Shown piece after piece: positions 1-7,723 of a stretch of 64,000 nt of DNA. Source of the stretch: a virus. The stretch is from positions 32,001-96,000 of IMG/VR virus record IMGVR_UViG_3300042308_001049; one strand, 5' to 3'. Numbering within the stretch: position 1 is the first letter of the stretch; every line of letters starts with the position of its first letter. The notes beneath the pieces are model-generated. The model was not told where the DNA came from. It did not search any database and was given only the letters and a program-made list of their open reading frames with translations. Both the position numbers and the translations under genes were made by a program.

Positions 1-2
1 AG

Positions 3-140
3 GACGACGGAGAAGGAGGATACGATGAGAATAAAGAGTTCATCGAGGTACTATCTAAAAACGATTATGAGGACCTAGAACAAACGGTAGCCGAGTATCG
101 AGAACAGGGAGTATTGGATGAGTATTATGTTGTGAAATAA
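3..140 (+). CDS. 3' end of an acidic hypothetical protein (truncated by window edge)
   Basis: Open frame DDGEGGYDENKEF...YYVVK* ending TAA at 138-140. Confidence 0.6.
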   Translation, partial: DDGEGGYDENKEFIEVLSKNDYEDLEQTVAEYREQGVLDEYYVVK

Positions 141-496
141 TAACACCGGAATTTAACGCGTACGTACGTAGTACGTACGTGGTACTGATGTACTGATGTG
201 TGTAAAGTGTGTGTGGGGTGCTGGGAAAACTAGCACCCCATATCTATGGATTTAAGTAGATAATGAGATATAAAGATAATTAGATAATAATATAGGAAGA
301 TAATAATATAAGTAGATACAAATGTGGTCTGCTACATATAGATGTATATTGGGAGATAAGGAGATACGGATGTGTGTGGAAAACGGGCGGACGAGTGGGT
401 GGGGTGAGGGGTGGGGGGAGTGAACCCCCTCAACATGCACAAGCCAAGCCTTAGTCTCGATAAGAGATATAAGGATATATCAAAAAATGATAAAAG

Positions 497-728
497 TTTT
501 GACAGGGTTTGTTTGGCTTCCCCATCTCTTTTGACATTCTTTTGACAGAGTTTTGACAAAGTTTTAAAAAAAGAACAAAAAAAGCTGACAAAGGGGTTTT
601 ACCCCCGGGGGATCTTCTGGGGGAGGGGGAGATCTTTCCACGCGATAGGCAAACCCTGTCCACCCCTATGGTTAATAGGCAAGATCTATCACCATTTTTT
701 TGACATTCTTTTGACAGAGTTTTGACAT
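497..728. repeat. TTTTGACA 11-bp-period repeats (two triplets plus one single copy)
   Basis: TTTTGACATTC-TTTTGACAGAG-TTTTGACA at about 529-558 and 698-727, single copy at 497. Confidence 0.85.
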
Positions 729-860
729 TTTGTTTGGCCCCCTAAGAAATCTTTATTATCTTTATATTGGGGAAACCTACCCCGGGGGGGGGAGAGGAAA
801 GTAGGTTTGGCTTCGTAAGAGAGGGATGTTATATTTAGGTGTAATTAAAAAATAAATGTT

Positions 861-1040
861 ATGAGTATTGAAAACAGTTTCTCAGGTATCACTTTCCAAA
901 TGGCTAAGGCGTTAGGTAAGTATCAAGGCTTTGCTCAGTTCTTGAAAGAAGGAAATGACACAATGACTAAAGAACAGATCATTGCTCGTTTAATTGAGAT
1001 TGATGAGGAGTTTGAGGCCAATGTTAAGAAAAAATCATAG
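861..1040 (+). CDS. Small early protein, 59 aa (paralog of 1096-1275)
   Basis: MSIENSFSG...ALGKYQG...TKEQII...KKKS*; follows the conserved leader. Confidence 0.8.
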   Translation: MSIENSFSGITFQMAKALGKYQGFAQFLKEGNDTMTKEQIIARLIEIDEEFEANVKKKS

Positions 1041-1095
1041 GCTTGGCTACCCAAAAGATAGATGTTATATTTAGGTGTAATTAAAAATTAAGGTT

Positions 1096-1275
1096 ATGGG
1101 AAACGAATTCATCAACATGCTCCAAACAGCAATGCGTTTTGCAAGTGCATTAGGTAAGCACGAGGGTAATATCAAATTTATCCTAAATGAACAAGATAAT
1201 CTCTCCAAAGAAGATATTATTCGCTACTTACAGGAGACATATGATGAAGTAAATTCAATACTTTCTCAGGAATAA
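1096..1275 (+). CDS. Small early protein, 59 aa
   Basis: MGNEFINML...ALGKHEG...SKEDII...SQE*; follows the conserved leader. Confidence 0.8.
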   Translation: MGNEFINMLQTAMRFASALGKHEGNIKFILNEQDNLSKEDIIRYLQETYDEVNSILSQE

Positions 1276-1337
1276 GTTTGGCTACCCAAAAGATAGATGT
1301 TATATTTAGGTGTAATTAAAAATTAAAAATAAAGGTT

Positions 1338-1502
1338 ATGGCAAACATGAGTTATTGCAGGTTCGAAAACACTTACCACGATTTGGTAGATTGTTTTGAC
1401 AACATTTGGAGTGAAGCTGAGAATGAAAGAGATGAGCGTTACCGTCAACGAATGATTGAGTTTTTGAAAGAACGGATTGATGATATTGAAGAAATGGAGT
1501 GA
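1338..1502 (+). CDS. Small early protein, 54 aa (MSYCRFENT motif)
   Basis: MANMSYCRFENTYHDLVDC...; follows the conserved leader. Confidence 0.8.
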   Translation: MANMSYCRFENTYHDLVDCFDNIWSEAENERDERYRQRMIEFLKERIDDIEEME

Positions 1503-1556
1503 GGGGCTTGGCCCCCCACTTTTTTCTTATTATATTTAGACGTAATTAAAAATTAA

Positions 1557-1793
1557 ATGGTTATGAAGATTATTAAAGTTACAAGTCTTAAAGACAAATC
1601 ATCAATATACATAAATGTTGAACAAATAGGGCATTTTTTTAGAGTTCCTAAAAGAATGAATTACGGTCGTGTTGAGGAAGAAGAAAATACCAGAGTAGGA
1701 GTTACAACTCATAATAATGGTGGATTTTCAATAGTTGAAACTCCTGAAACATTGTTAAAGTTAATTGATAAGGTTTTGGCTCCTCAAAAGTAG
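1557..1793 (+). CDS. Hypothetical early protein (likely start 1563)
   Basis: ORF track; conserved leader. Confidence 0.8.
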   Translation: MVMKIIKVTSLKDKSSIYINVEQIGHFFRVPKRMNYGRVEEEENTRVGVTTHNNGGFSIVETPETLLKLIDKVLAPQK

Positions 1794-1829
1794 TTTGTTA
1801 TATTTAGACGTAATTAAAAATTAAAGGTT

Positions 1830-1901
1830 ATGAAAAAGCAAGCATTTGTTATCGCGGTGATCACATTTATCTCAACTGCTATTGTGTTGTACGCAAAATA
1901 A
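1830..1901 (+). CDS. 23-aa hydrophobic micropeptide
   Basis: MKKQAFVIAVITFISTAIVLYAK* exactly fills the gap between two promoter modules. Confidence 0.7.
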   Translation: MKKQAFVIAVITFISTAIVLYAK

Positions 1902-1958
1902 GGTTTGGCTACATTAAAAATAGATGTTATATTTAGGTGTAATTAAAAATTAAAGGTT

Positions 1959-2126
1959 ATGAAACATCCAGAGTATTCAAGAGCAAATAATGAGTATCAA
2001 GGTCGTAGTGAAGCGCCCCGTATTCCAAGAGAAGCAAGATTAGCTTTGAAACAGAGAATGATTGATTTTGGAGTGCATTTGAAGGCACTTGAAGAGAAGA
2101 TTAAGAGAGAGAAGCCAGTGTATTAA
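1959..2126 (+). CDS. Small basic early protein, 55 aa
   Basis: MKHPEYSRANN...KPVY*; conserved leader. Confidence 0.8.
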   Translation: MKHPEYSRANNEYQGRSEAPRIPREARLALKQRMIDFGVHLKALEEKIKREKPVY

Positions 2127-2150
2127 GGTCACTTAAGAGGTAAGTGATAC

Positions 2151-2174
2151 AGGGGGGCGGGGGCCCCCCTTTTA
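2151..2174 (+). terminator. Intrinsic terminator
   Basis: AGGGGGGC-GGGG-GCCCCCCT followed by T run. Confidence 0.7.
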
Positions 2175-2221
2175 TATTCTCCCTGGGGCTACTTACAGAC
2201 TCCTGCCTAGGGTTCCCCACC

Positions 2222-2253
2222 TAAATATACGTAAATTTTTCCGGCAAGCCAAG
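2222..2253 (-). promoter_or_regulatory. Minus-strand early-type promoter, back-to-back with the + promoter at 2254
   Basis: CTTGGCT-N17-TATATTTA on - strand; palindrome AGCCAAG|CTTGGCT at 2247-2260. Confidence 0.75.
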
Positions 2254-2309
2254 CTTGGCTAACAGGGGGATTATTCGTATATTTAAATGTAATTAAAAAC
2301 GAAACGGTT

Positions 2310-2465
2310 ATGTATCATTTAAATTGCCCTTACTACAAAAAGAAGTTTGAGACCATTTATGAGTTGTTAGATGATATTGTGTTGTCAGGAATGGACCCTA
2401 ACTATACAGTATACAAAGATGGTAAGAGTGTAGGGACTAAAGCTATTCACTTAATTCAGTTTTGA
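2310..2465 (+). CDS. Small early protein, 51 aa
   Basis: MYHLNCPYY...SGMDPNY...IQF*; conserved leader. Confidence 0.8.
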   Translation: MYHLNCPYYKKKFETIYELLDDIVLSGMDPNYTVYKDGKSVGTKAIHLIQF

Positions 2466-2515
2466 TTTGGTTACCCAAAATATATTTTGTATATTTAAAT
2501 GTAATTAAAAATTAA

Positions 2516-2713
2516 ATGGTTATGGAAGATAATAAAGTTGTAGTAGACACAGTAATTGATTTGCTAAACAATATGGATTGTGATGGTGAAACAATGCAAT
2601 TTATACTTAAAAAAGTAGGAATGGAATGGCAGATGTTAAGGCAGTTGATGTTAACTATGCCTATAGAACAGGTAGAATATCTGATAGACGAACGGAAGGA
2701 TTTGGGTATTTAA
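2516..2713 (+). CDS. Hypothetical early protein
   Basis: ORF track; conserved leader. Confidence 0.8.
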   Translation: MVMEDNKVVVDTVIDLLNNMDCDGETMQFILKKVGMEWQMLRQLMLTMPIEQVEYLIDERKDLGI

Positions 2714-2752
2714 GAGAACGTTCGTATATTTAATCAAATAAAAATAATGGTT

Positions 2753-2920
2753 ATGAAAATAGGAGACAAAGTAAAGTATGATGGTGAAGCTCACCTAATT
2801 GTAAACATTGTAGATGGTTACCCAGTAGTGGTACCTATGAGTGTAATTGATGATGAGTGTTTTATCATTGAGTATGAAGGTGATGGGTGTCACGAATTTG
2901 ATTTGATCCCGATAAAATAA
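2753..2920 (+). CDS. Small early protein, 55 aa
   Basis: MKIGDKVKYDG...PIK*; leader ends GGTTATG. Confidence 0.75.
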   Translation: MKIGDKVKYDGEAHLIVNIVDGYPVVVPMSVIDDECFIIEYEGDGCHEFDLIPIK

Positions 2921-3145
2921 ATGGTTATGAGTAAAATTAAGTTTTTAAAAGAAATGTTTATTGAATGTTGTATTGGATTTGATGATTTTGGAGATCCAAT
3001 AATGGAAGAGGAAAAAGTATTAAAAGGTGAGGAATTTGAAGTAGATATTGTTAGTGATGAAGTTGATGAAGATATTATCCAAATTCAATTTGGGAATGGT
3101 TCTGTTAGTTTTATTGATAGAAATGATATTGAAATAGAGGACTAA
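2921..3145 (+). CDS. Acidic hypothetical early protein
   Basis: ORF track; ATGGTTATG start. Confidence 0.8.
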   Translation: MVMSKIKFLKEMFIECCIGFDDFGDPIMEEEKVLKGEEFEVDIVSDEVDEDIIQIQFGNGSVSFIDRNDIEIED

Positions 3146-3222
3146 TAAAATAAGGGTGGGGAGCAGGTTTGGCTTCGCCAGAGAGGGATGTTATATTTAG
3201 ACGTAATTAAAAATTAAAGGTT

Positions 3223-3714
3223 ATGAAAGCAAAAGAAATGTCAGAAGAGGTTTATGATGAGTTGATCCGTTTGGATTACCACCGCAAAGTGAATTCAGTG
3301 TATGAAGTTAACACCTCAGTAGATTTTAGTAGTTTTGATAAAGAAACTCAAAAGGCAATTAGTACGTTTCCTGTTCTTATGTTTAATCCAGATACTGACT
3401 TAATGGATATTGAGAATCTAGATGGGGAACAGCAGTTTTATATTTTGTTTACTCGAAATAGAAACTATTTGATTGATACTCAAGGTTATACTTACCCACG
3501 TTATATTATTGGGTTGAATAACTTGAAGTTCGAAGAAGATGAAGACGACATCTACGAACGTATGGAAGGCTTGGTTCGTATTGCCGACAGTAAGATTTTT
3601 GATGAGGTAACAAAGAGTTTGGCTTTCGAATTAAATAAAGAAGACTTTGACCACGAAGATATTGTAAACTATTTGTTTATGAAGGTTCAATTAGCGCTTG
3701 GCTCACACCGATAA
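3223..3714 (+). CDS. Hypothetical early protein (DTQGYTYPRY motif)
   Basis: ORF track; conserved leader. Confidence 0.85.
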   Translation: MKAKEMSEEVYDELIRLDYHRKVNSVYEVNTSVDFSSFDKETQKAISTFPVLMFNPDTDLMDIENLDGEQQFYILFTRNRNYLIDTQGYTYPRYIIGLNNLKFEEDEDDIYERMEGLVRIADSKIFDEVTKSLAFELNKEDFDHEDIVNYLFMKVQLALGSHR

Positions 3715-3752
3715 TTTTATTATATTTAGGTGTAATTAAAAAATAAATGGTT

Positions 3753-3917
3753 ATGAATGGAATGTTTTATGTAGTGGTTGAACAAGATGTGGCCTCAGTT
3801 GTAAATGCTAGTTTGGCTTTGACTCTCGAAATGGATCCATATTTTGATGGTGAATTGTATGGTGCTTATTCAAGTTATGAACAGGCTGCTGATCATGCCA
3901 ACCAGGTCAATCTCTAA
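3753..3917 (+). CDS. Small early protein, 54 aa
   Basis: MNGMFYVVVEQD...VNL*; conserved leader. Confidence 0.75.
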   Translation: MNGMFYVVVEQDVASVVNASLALTLEMDPYFDGELYGAYSSYEQAADHANQVNL

Positions 3918-3980
3918 AGATTGATTTGGCTACCCAGAATATTTTTGTTATATTTAAATGTAATTAAAAATTAAAAGGTT

Positions 3981-4676
3981 ATGAAAGAGCAACTGATTGA
4001 GCAAATTGAAGGTTTAAAAGCCATCAAAGAAGAAGCACGCAATAACAAGGCTATGAAAATTAGTTCTTTGTTTCATGAGGTGTTTGATTTGAAAGATGTA
4101 GAATATTCAAATCTGAATATTGGTTCTGAACGGGCTGAGTTTAGCTTCAATAATGAATATTCTGGTCAGTTTACAGTTTTGTATTACGAGACATATGGTG
4201 ATGATGAGACCAAATTAGAAGTAAGTGTACCATCATCTTACAGTGAAGATGTTTCACGTTTGATTCAGTGGGGTAAGATTGCAGAACAAATTGAATTGAA
4301 GGGTAGTGAGTTTTTAACTAAACTAAAAGTACTCCGAAACGAATATAAAGCAGGAATTGAGGTCACTAACAACATGTTGTATGAGGCTGAAACTAGATTG
4401 AAGTTTATTCAAAATAAAGAAAATGCAGTTGATTTAGAATTGACTAAAACGGCTTTGAGAACTGTAGGTCATCAATTTGAAACAGGTCATTGGGTGCAAG
4501 TAGGAGCAATGGATAGTGTTTATACTGACAGTATCCGGATTGAACAAACACCAGGTAAGAAAACATATAAAGTTCATTATGTAAACTTAGGCCGCCCGGC
4601 TACATATGAACGAGTACGAGAAATGTATATCAATAAATTGGCTCAAGAATTGGTAAATAACTCTAAAAACGCCTAA
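3981..4676 (+). CDS. Hypothetical early protein, 231 aa
   Basis: ORF track; conserved leader. Confidence 0.85.
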   Translation: MKEQLIEQIEGLKAIKEEARNNKAMKISSLFHEVFDLKDVEYSNLNIGSERAEFSFNNEYSGQFTVLYYETYGDDETKLEVSVPSSYSEDVSRLIQWGKIAEQIELKGSEFLTKLKVLRNEYKAGIEVTNNMLYEAETRLKFIQNKENAVDLELTKTALRTVGHQFETGHWVQVGAMDSVYTDSIRIEQTPGKKTYKVHYVNLGRPATYERVREMYINKLAQELVNNSKNA

Positions 4677-4678
4677 CC

Positions 4679-4810
4679 ATGAACCAGCAAGAATTAACCA
4701 CCAAGTTGATTGAATTGAAATCACAGGTAACAGGCACAACACCTTACGCATACGGTTTGTTAGACGGTTTAACAATGGCAATAGAAGAAATAGAGAGTCC
4801 CCGATCATAA
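4679..4810 (+). CDS. Small protein, 43 aa
   Basis: MNQQELTTKLIELK...YGLLDGLTMAIEEIESPRS* starts 2 nt after the previous stop. Confidence 0.65.
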   Translation: MNQQELTTKLIELKSQVTGTTPYAYGLLDGLTMAIEEIESPRS

Positions 4811-4842
4811 CCATTTTTAATTACACCCGCGTTATGGGGACT
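4796..4842 (+). ncRNA. Hairpin with loop antisense to the shared early-gene leader
   Basis: AGTCCC/GGGACT and CATAAC/GTTATG stems; 4806-4827 is the reverse complement of GGTGTAATTAAAAATGGTTATG. Confidence 0.55.
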
Positions 4843-4909
4843 AGGGGAGCCAGGTTTGGCTCCCCACTCTTTTATTGTTATATTTAGACGTAATTAAAAA
4901 TTAAAGGTT

Positions 4910-5176
4910 ATGCTGTTAGTAGAGTTTAAAGAAATGGTTAACGACGGTAAAATATTCTCCGTTGTATTTACTAAGAAGGATGGTACGATCCGAAAAATGG
5001 TAGCGCGGTTAGGGGTGCGTAAGCATCTTAAGGGAGGCGAATTGAAATACGACGCCGCTGCCCGCAATTTATTGCCTGTATTTGATATGGAGAAAGAAGA
5101 ATATCGTATGATTAATGTTTCAACCATACAAGAAATTAAAGTGGGTGGTGCTAAGATTGATTTGGCTACGCTATAA
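4910..5176 (+). CDS. SH3/WYL-like beta-barrel protein
   Basis: FSVVFTKKDGTIRKM...VFDMEKEEYRMIN pattern typical of phage WYL_2/SH3-barrel proteins. Confidence 0.7.
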   Translation: MLLVEFKEMVNDGKIFSVVFTKKDGTIRKMVARLGVRKHLKGGELKYDAAARNLLPVFDMEKEEYRMINVSTIQEIKVGGAKIDLATL

Positions 5177-5215
5177 TTTGATGTTATATTTAGACGTAAT
5201 TAAAAATTAAGTGTT

Positions 5216-5461
5216 ATGAAAAAAGTGCAGTTTAAAAGTGACGTTTATGGTTTCGTTTACGATTCAGTTTATGGCGAAGTTAGTAAAGTGTTTAATACAC
5301 CTTTAAATGAATCAGAATTAGAATTAATTGAGAGTGTATTAAGTGAAGATGATTGTATTTTCACAGATATTGATTCAGTAAATGCAGTGTTTGAATTTGA
5401 TGAGAATAGTTTGGAGTGTGATGTTGAGGGTTTGAATACAGTATTAGAGTACGCAGAATAA
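5216..5461 (+). CDS. Very acidic early protein
   Basis: ORF track; conserved leader. Confidence 0.8.
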   Translation: MKKVQFKSDVYGFVYDSVYGEVSKVFNTPLNESELELIESVLSEDDCIFTDIDSVNAVFEFDENSLECDVEGLNTVLEYAE

Positions 5462-5542
5462 AATAAAAACAAAGGTGGTGATGAGCTTGGCTCACGCCAC
5501 CTTTTTTATTATATTTAAACGTAATTAAAAAATTAAAAGGTT

Positions 5543-5812
5543 ATGAAAATGATTGATTTAAATGTTGCTTTTAGAGAGGCGATGGATGTAGCATCTTATG
5601 AAGATGTATTGGGTATTATAGAGAGTTATGAGGATGAAAGTATATTAGATGACTTTAAACTTGAGTTTGTTGAAGGTGAAGATATTAGTAAAGATGACTA
5701 TAGTTACTTCTCTATTAGTTTGATAGATGATATAAGTGAAGTTGGTTATATACAGGCCAATTGGATTTATATTTGGGATAAGGATATTTTTGAAAAGACT
5801 GAGTTACTTTAA
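5543..5812 (+). CDS. Very acidic early protein
   Basis: ORF track; conserved leader. Confidence 0.8.
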   Translation: MKMIDLNVAFREAMDVASYEDVLGIIESYEDESILDDFKLEFVEGEDISKDDYSYFSISLIDDISEVGYIQANWIYIWDKDIFEKTELL

Positions 5813-5885
5813 AATAAAAACAAAGGTGGCGATGGGCTTGGCTCACGCCACCTTTTTTATTATATTTAACCGTAATTAAAAATTA

Positions 5886-6152
5886 ATGGTTATGAAAGCA
5901 AAAGGAATTAAAGCAATGATGACGTTGCTGGAGAAGAAGGGTTGCAAGGTGTGTGGCACCACAGAGGATTTTTACGGCCGCCATAACAGCACACCAGGCG
6001 TTTGGATCGCAGCAGACCACACACCTGAATTGTTCAACTACTGGAGTTCAAATGGAGTATTGATTAGTGGTAAGTTGAATAGGGCAGTTCAGAAAGCCGG
6101 ATGGTGGTTTGAGTGGCACGATCCAGGAACGATTATGGTATGGCCACACTAA
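5886..6152 (+). CDS. Hypothetical early protein (GWWFEWHDPGT motif)
   Basis: ORF track; conserved leader. Confidence 0.8.
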   Translation: MVMKAKGIKAMMTLLEKKGCKVCGTTEDFYGRHNSTPGVWIAADHTPELFNYWSSNGVLISGKLNRAVQKAGWWFEWHDPGTIMVWPH

Positions 6153-6231
6153 CCAGGGTGGGGAGCCGGTTTGGCTCCCCGCTTATTTTTTGTTATATTT
6201 AGATGTAATTAAAAATTAAAAACAAAAGGTT

Positions 6232-6426
6232 ATGACAGTTCAAGAATTGATTGATAAGTTGAGTCAGGTTAAAAACAAAAACTTAGAAGTAGTAGTTCAG
6301 GTTACTGACCCAACAGATTGGGAGTACAACAACTCAATTGAATTTACTGAGGTTCAAAGTGTATTATTGGTTGAGGATGATGATGATGAGACTGAAGTAT
6401 TTGTAATTAATGGGGGTGATGTTTGA
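6232..6426 (+). CDS. Small acidic early protein (MTVQELIDKL)
   Basis: ORF track; conserved leader. Confidence 0.8.
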   Translation: MTVQELIDKLSQVKNKNLEVVVQVTDPTDWEYNNSIEFTEVQSVLLVEDDDDETEVFVINGGDV

Positions 6427-6484
6427 TCACCCCTTATTTTTTTACCCCAAAAAGGGATGTTATATTTAGACGTAATTAAAAATA

Positions 6485-6823
6485 ATGGTTATGAAAAACG
6501 AAAAAATGATCGTGAATGAAGAGTTGATCGGTAAATACATCAACCAGGTATTGTGGAGCGATGTTAATCCGGTAGGCAAAATTATCGCAATCAAAGGCAA
6601 AACCAAAGTATTGATTCAACCGGTTTGTGCCAGCAAAAATAAAGCCAAAATGGAATTCGTACCGGGTGGTTTTTCAGCGGTGTGTTTGAATCAAAATGAA
6701 CAACATTACGATTTCATGGAGGTGGGAGAGGTATTTGAAACGACTCTGAGCCATGCCAAGATGAAAAAAGCGTTCTGGAATATTGACGACGCACCATATA
6801 AGCAATATGATTATAACTTCTAA
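6485..6823 (+). CDS. Hypothetical early protein (ends YDYNF)
   Basis: ORF track; conserved leader. Confidence 0.8.
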   Translation: MVMKNEKMIVNEELIGKYINQVLWSDVNPVGKIIAIKGKTKVLIQPVCASKNKAKMEFVPGGFSAVCLNQNEQHYDFMEVGEVFETTLSHAKMKKAFWNIDDAPYKQYDYNF

Positions 6824-6842
6824 ATAGAAGATACGGAGAGGG

Positions 6843-6873
6843 GAAAGGGCCGAAAGGCTCTTTCTTCTTTTTT
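6843..6873 (+). terminator. Intrinsic terminator closing the early array
   Basis: GAAAGGGCC-GAAA-GGCTCTTTC then TTCTTTTTT. Confidence 0.8.
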
Positions 6874-7227
6874 GGAAAAGAGGGGTGTACGTGGTACGTG
6901 ATATATACTTTATATGTGGTATATCCCCCCGCGCGCTGTTATCCATACATGCTTGGATACTGGGAAAGAATTTTTTTGATGTAAGGATGAAATAAAGGTA
7001 ACTTCCACCATCGGATAGTATATACTTATATATTTGCACCGCCCACCATACCCCCATACCACACCATCCTATACCATGCCCATCCCCCACACCCACACCC
7101 CAATTTCCGGATTTGCCCTTTTACCCATTTTTTCCAGCTCCCTAAATCCTTCTTTCTTAAAAAAGTTTGGCTACCATAAGGTATATACATATATTCAGGT
7201 ATTAATGAAAACAAAGTAAATAAGTTT

Positions 7228-7446
7228 ATGTGGGCATTTGCAGTTGTAGGAGCATTATTACTATTCGCGTTTATTAACGGTTTAATTCACTTATTTAAAC
7301 CAGACAAACCCACTATCATTAGATGTATCGCCTTTATGGTCGGGTTGGTATTATCCAATATTTTATTTGATTGGGGAATTGAACGTATGGAATGGTTTTT
7401 AGGACTGTCTATTACTATGGTGGGTCTTTGGAAATGGTATGAGTAA
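7228..7446 (+). CDS. Small membrane protein
   Basis: About 3 hydrophobic segments; promoter variant at about 7167. Confidence 0.7.
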   Translation: MWAFAVVGALLLFAFINGLIHLFKPDKPTIIRCIAFMVGLVLSNILFDWGIERMEWFLGLSITMVGLWKWYE

Positions 7447-7564
7447 GGAGCGTATATACGGATATGTGGATGTGGGTGGGATGCAAGGAAACTTTCGAGC
7501 TGAGGCTTGGCTTCCCAAGATTTTTTCCATAACTTCACCCCACTGGAGTTAATAAATTAAGGTT

Positions 7565-7723
7565 ATGAAGATTCGCTTTAATGATACATTTCTATTTATT
7601 ATTGGAATTATATTTTTCATAGGAGGATATTTTACTGAGACTATAGGTTCATATTTTGTATTTGGTTTATGTCTTGGTACTTTAATTAATCACGCTGTCC
7701 AAGATTTTAAGAATAAAAAATAA
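7565..7723 (+). CDS. Small membrane protein, 52 aa
   Basis: MKIRFNDTFLFIIGIIFFIGG...KNKK*; AAGGTTATG leader; TAATG overlap with next gene. Confidence 0.7.
   Translation: MKIRFNDTFLFIIGIIFFIGGYFTETIGSYFVFGLCLGTLINHAVQDFKNKK

Larger units (their letters stand above)
733..6490 (+). promoter_or_regulatory. Array of about 19 early promoter+leader modules YTTGGCT-N17-TATATTTA-N3-GTAATTAAAAA(TTAA)(A/T)GGTTATG
   Basis: Copies start at 733 (no leader), 806, 1042, 1277, 1507, 1775, 1904, 2254, 2466, 2701, 3168, 3697, 3925, 4855, 5161, 5486, 5837, 6170 and about 6437 (degenerate -33). Resembles the Bacteroidota sigma-A consensus TTTG / TAnnTTTG. Confidence 0.9.

Noticed and set aside
417-448. Minus-strand promoter at AGCCAAG (442-448)
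   Set aside because: No TATATTTA-like box at the 17-nt spacing
252-663. Short ORF-track calls in the low-complexity region (also 6674-7219)
   Set aside because: No leader, biased composition; they arise from repeats
4587-4814. Minus-strand ORF MVMIGDSL... behind an inverted leader
   Set aside because: No -7 box upstream and it overlaps two plausible + strand genes; treated as a by-product of the antisense hairpin, though not fully excluded
800-6500. CRISPR array or integron interpretation of the repeats
   Set aside because: Spacers are 70-900 bp ORFs and the repeats are promoter-leaders; no cas gene, integrase or attC structure is visible
6939-6947. DnaA-box-like TTATCCATA
   Set aside because: Single copy with a mismatch; expected by chance
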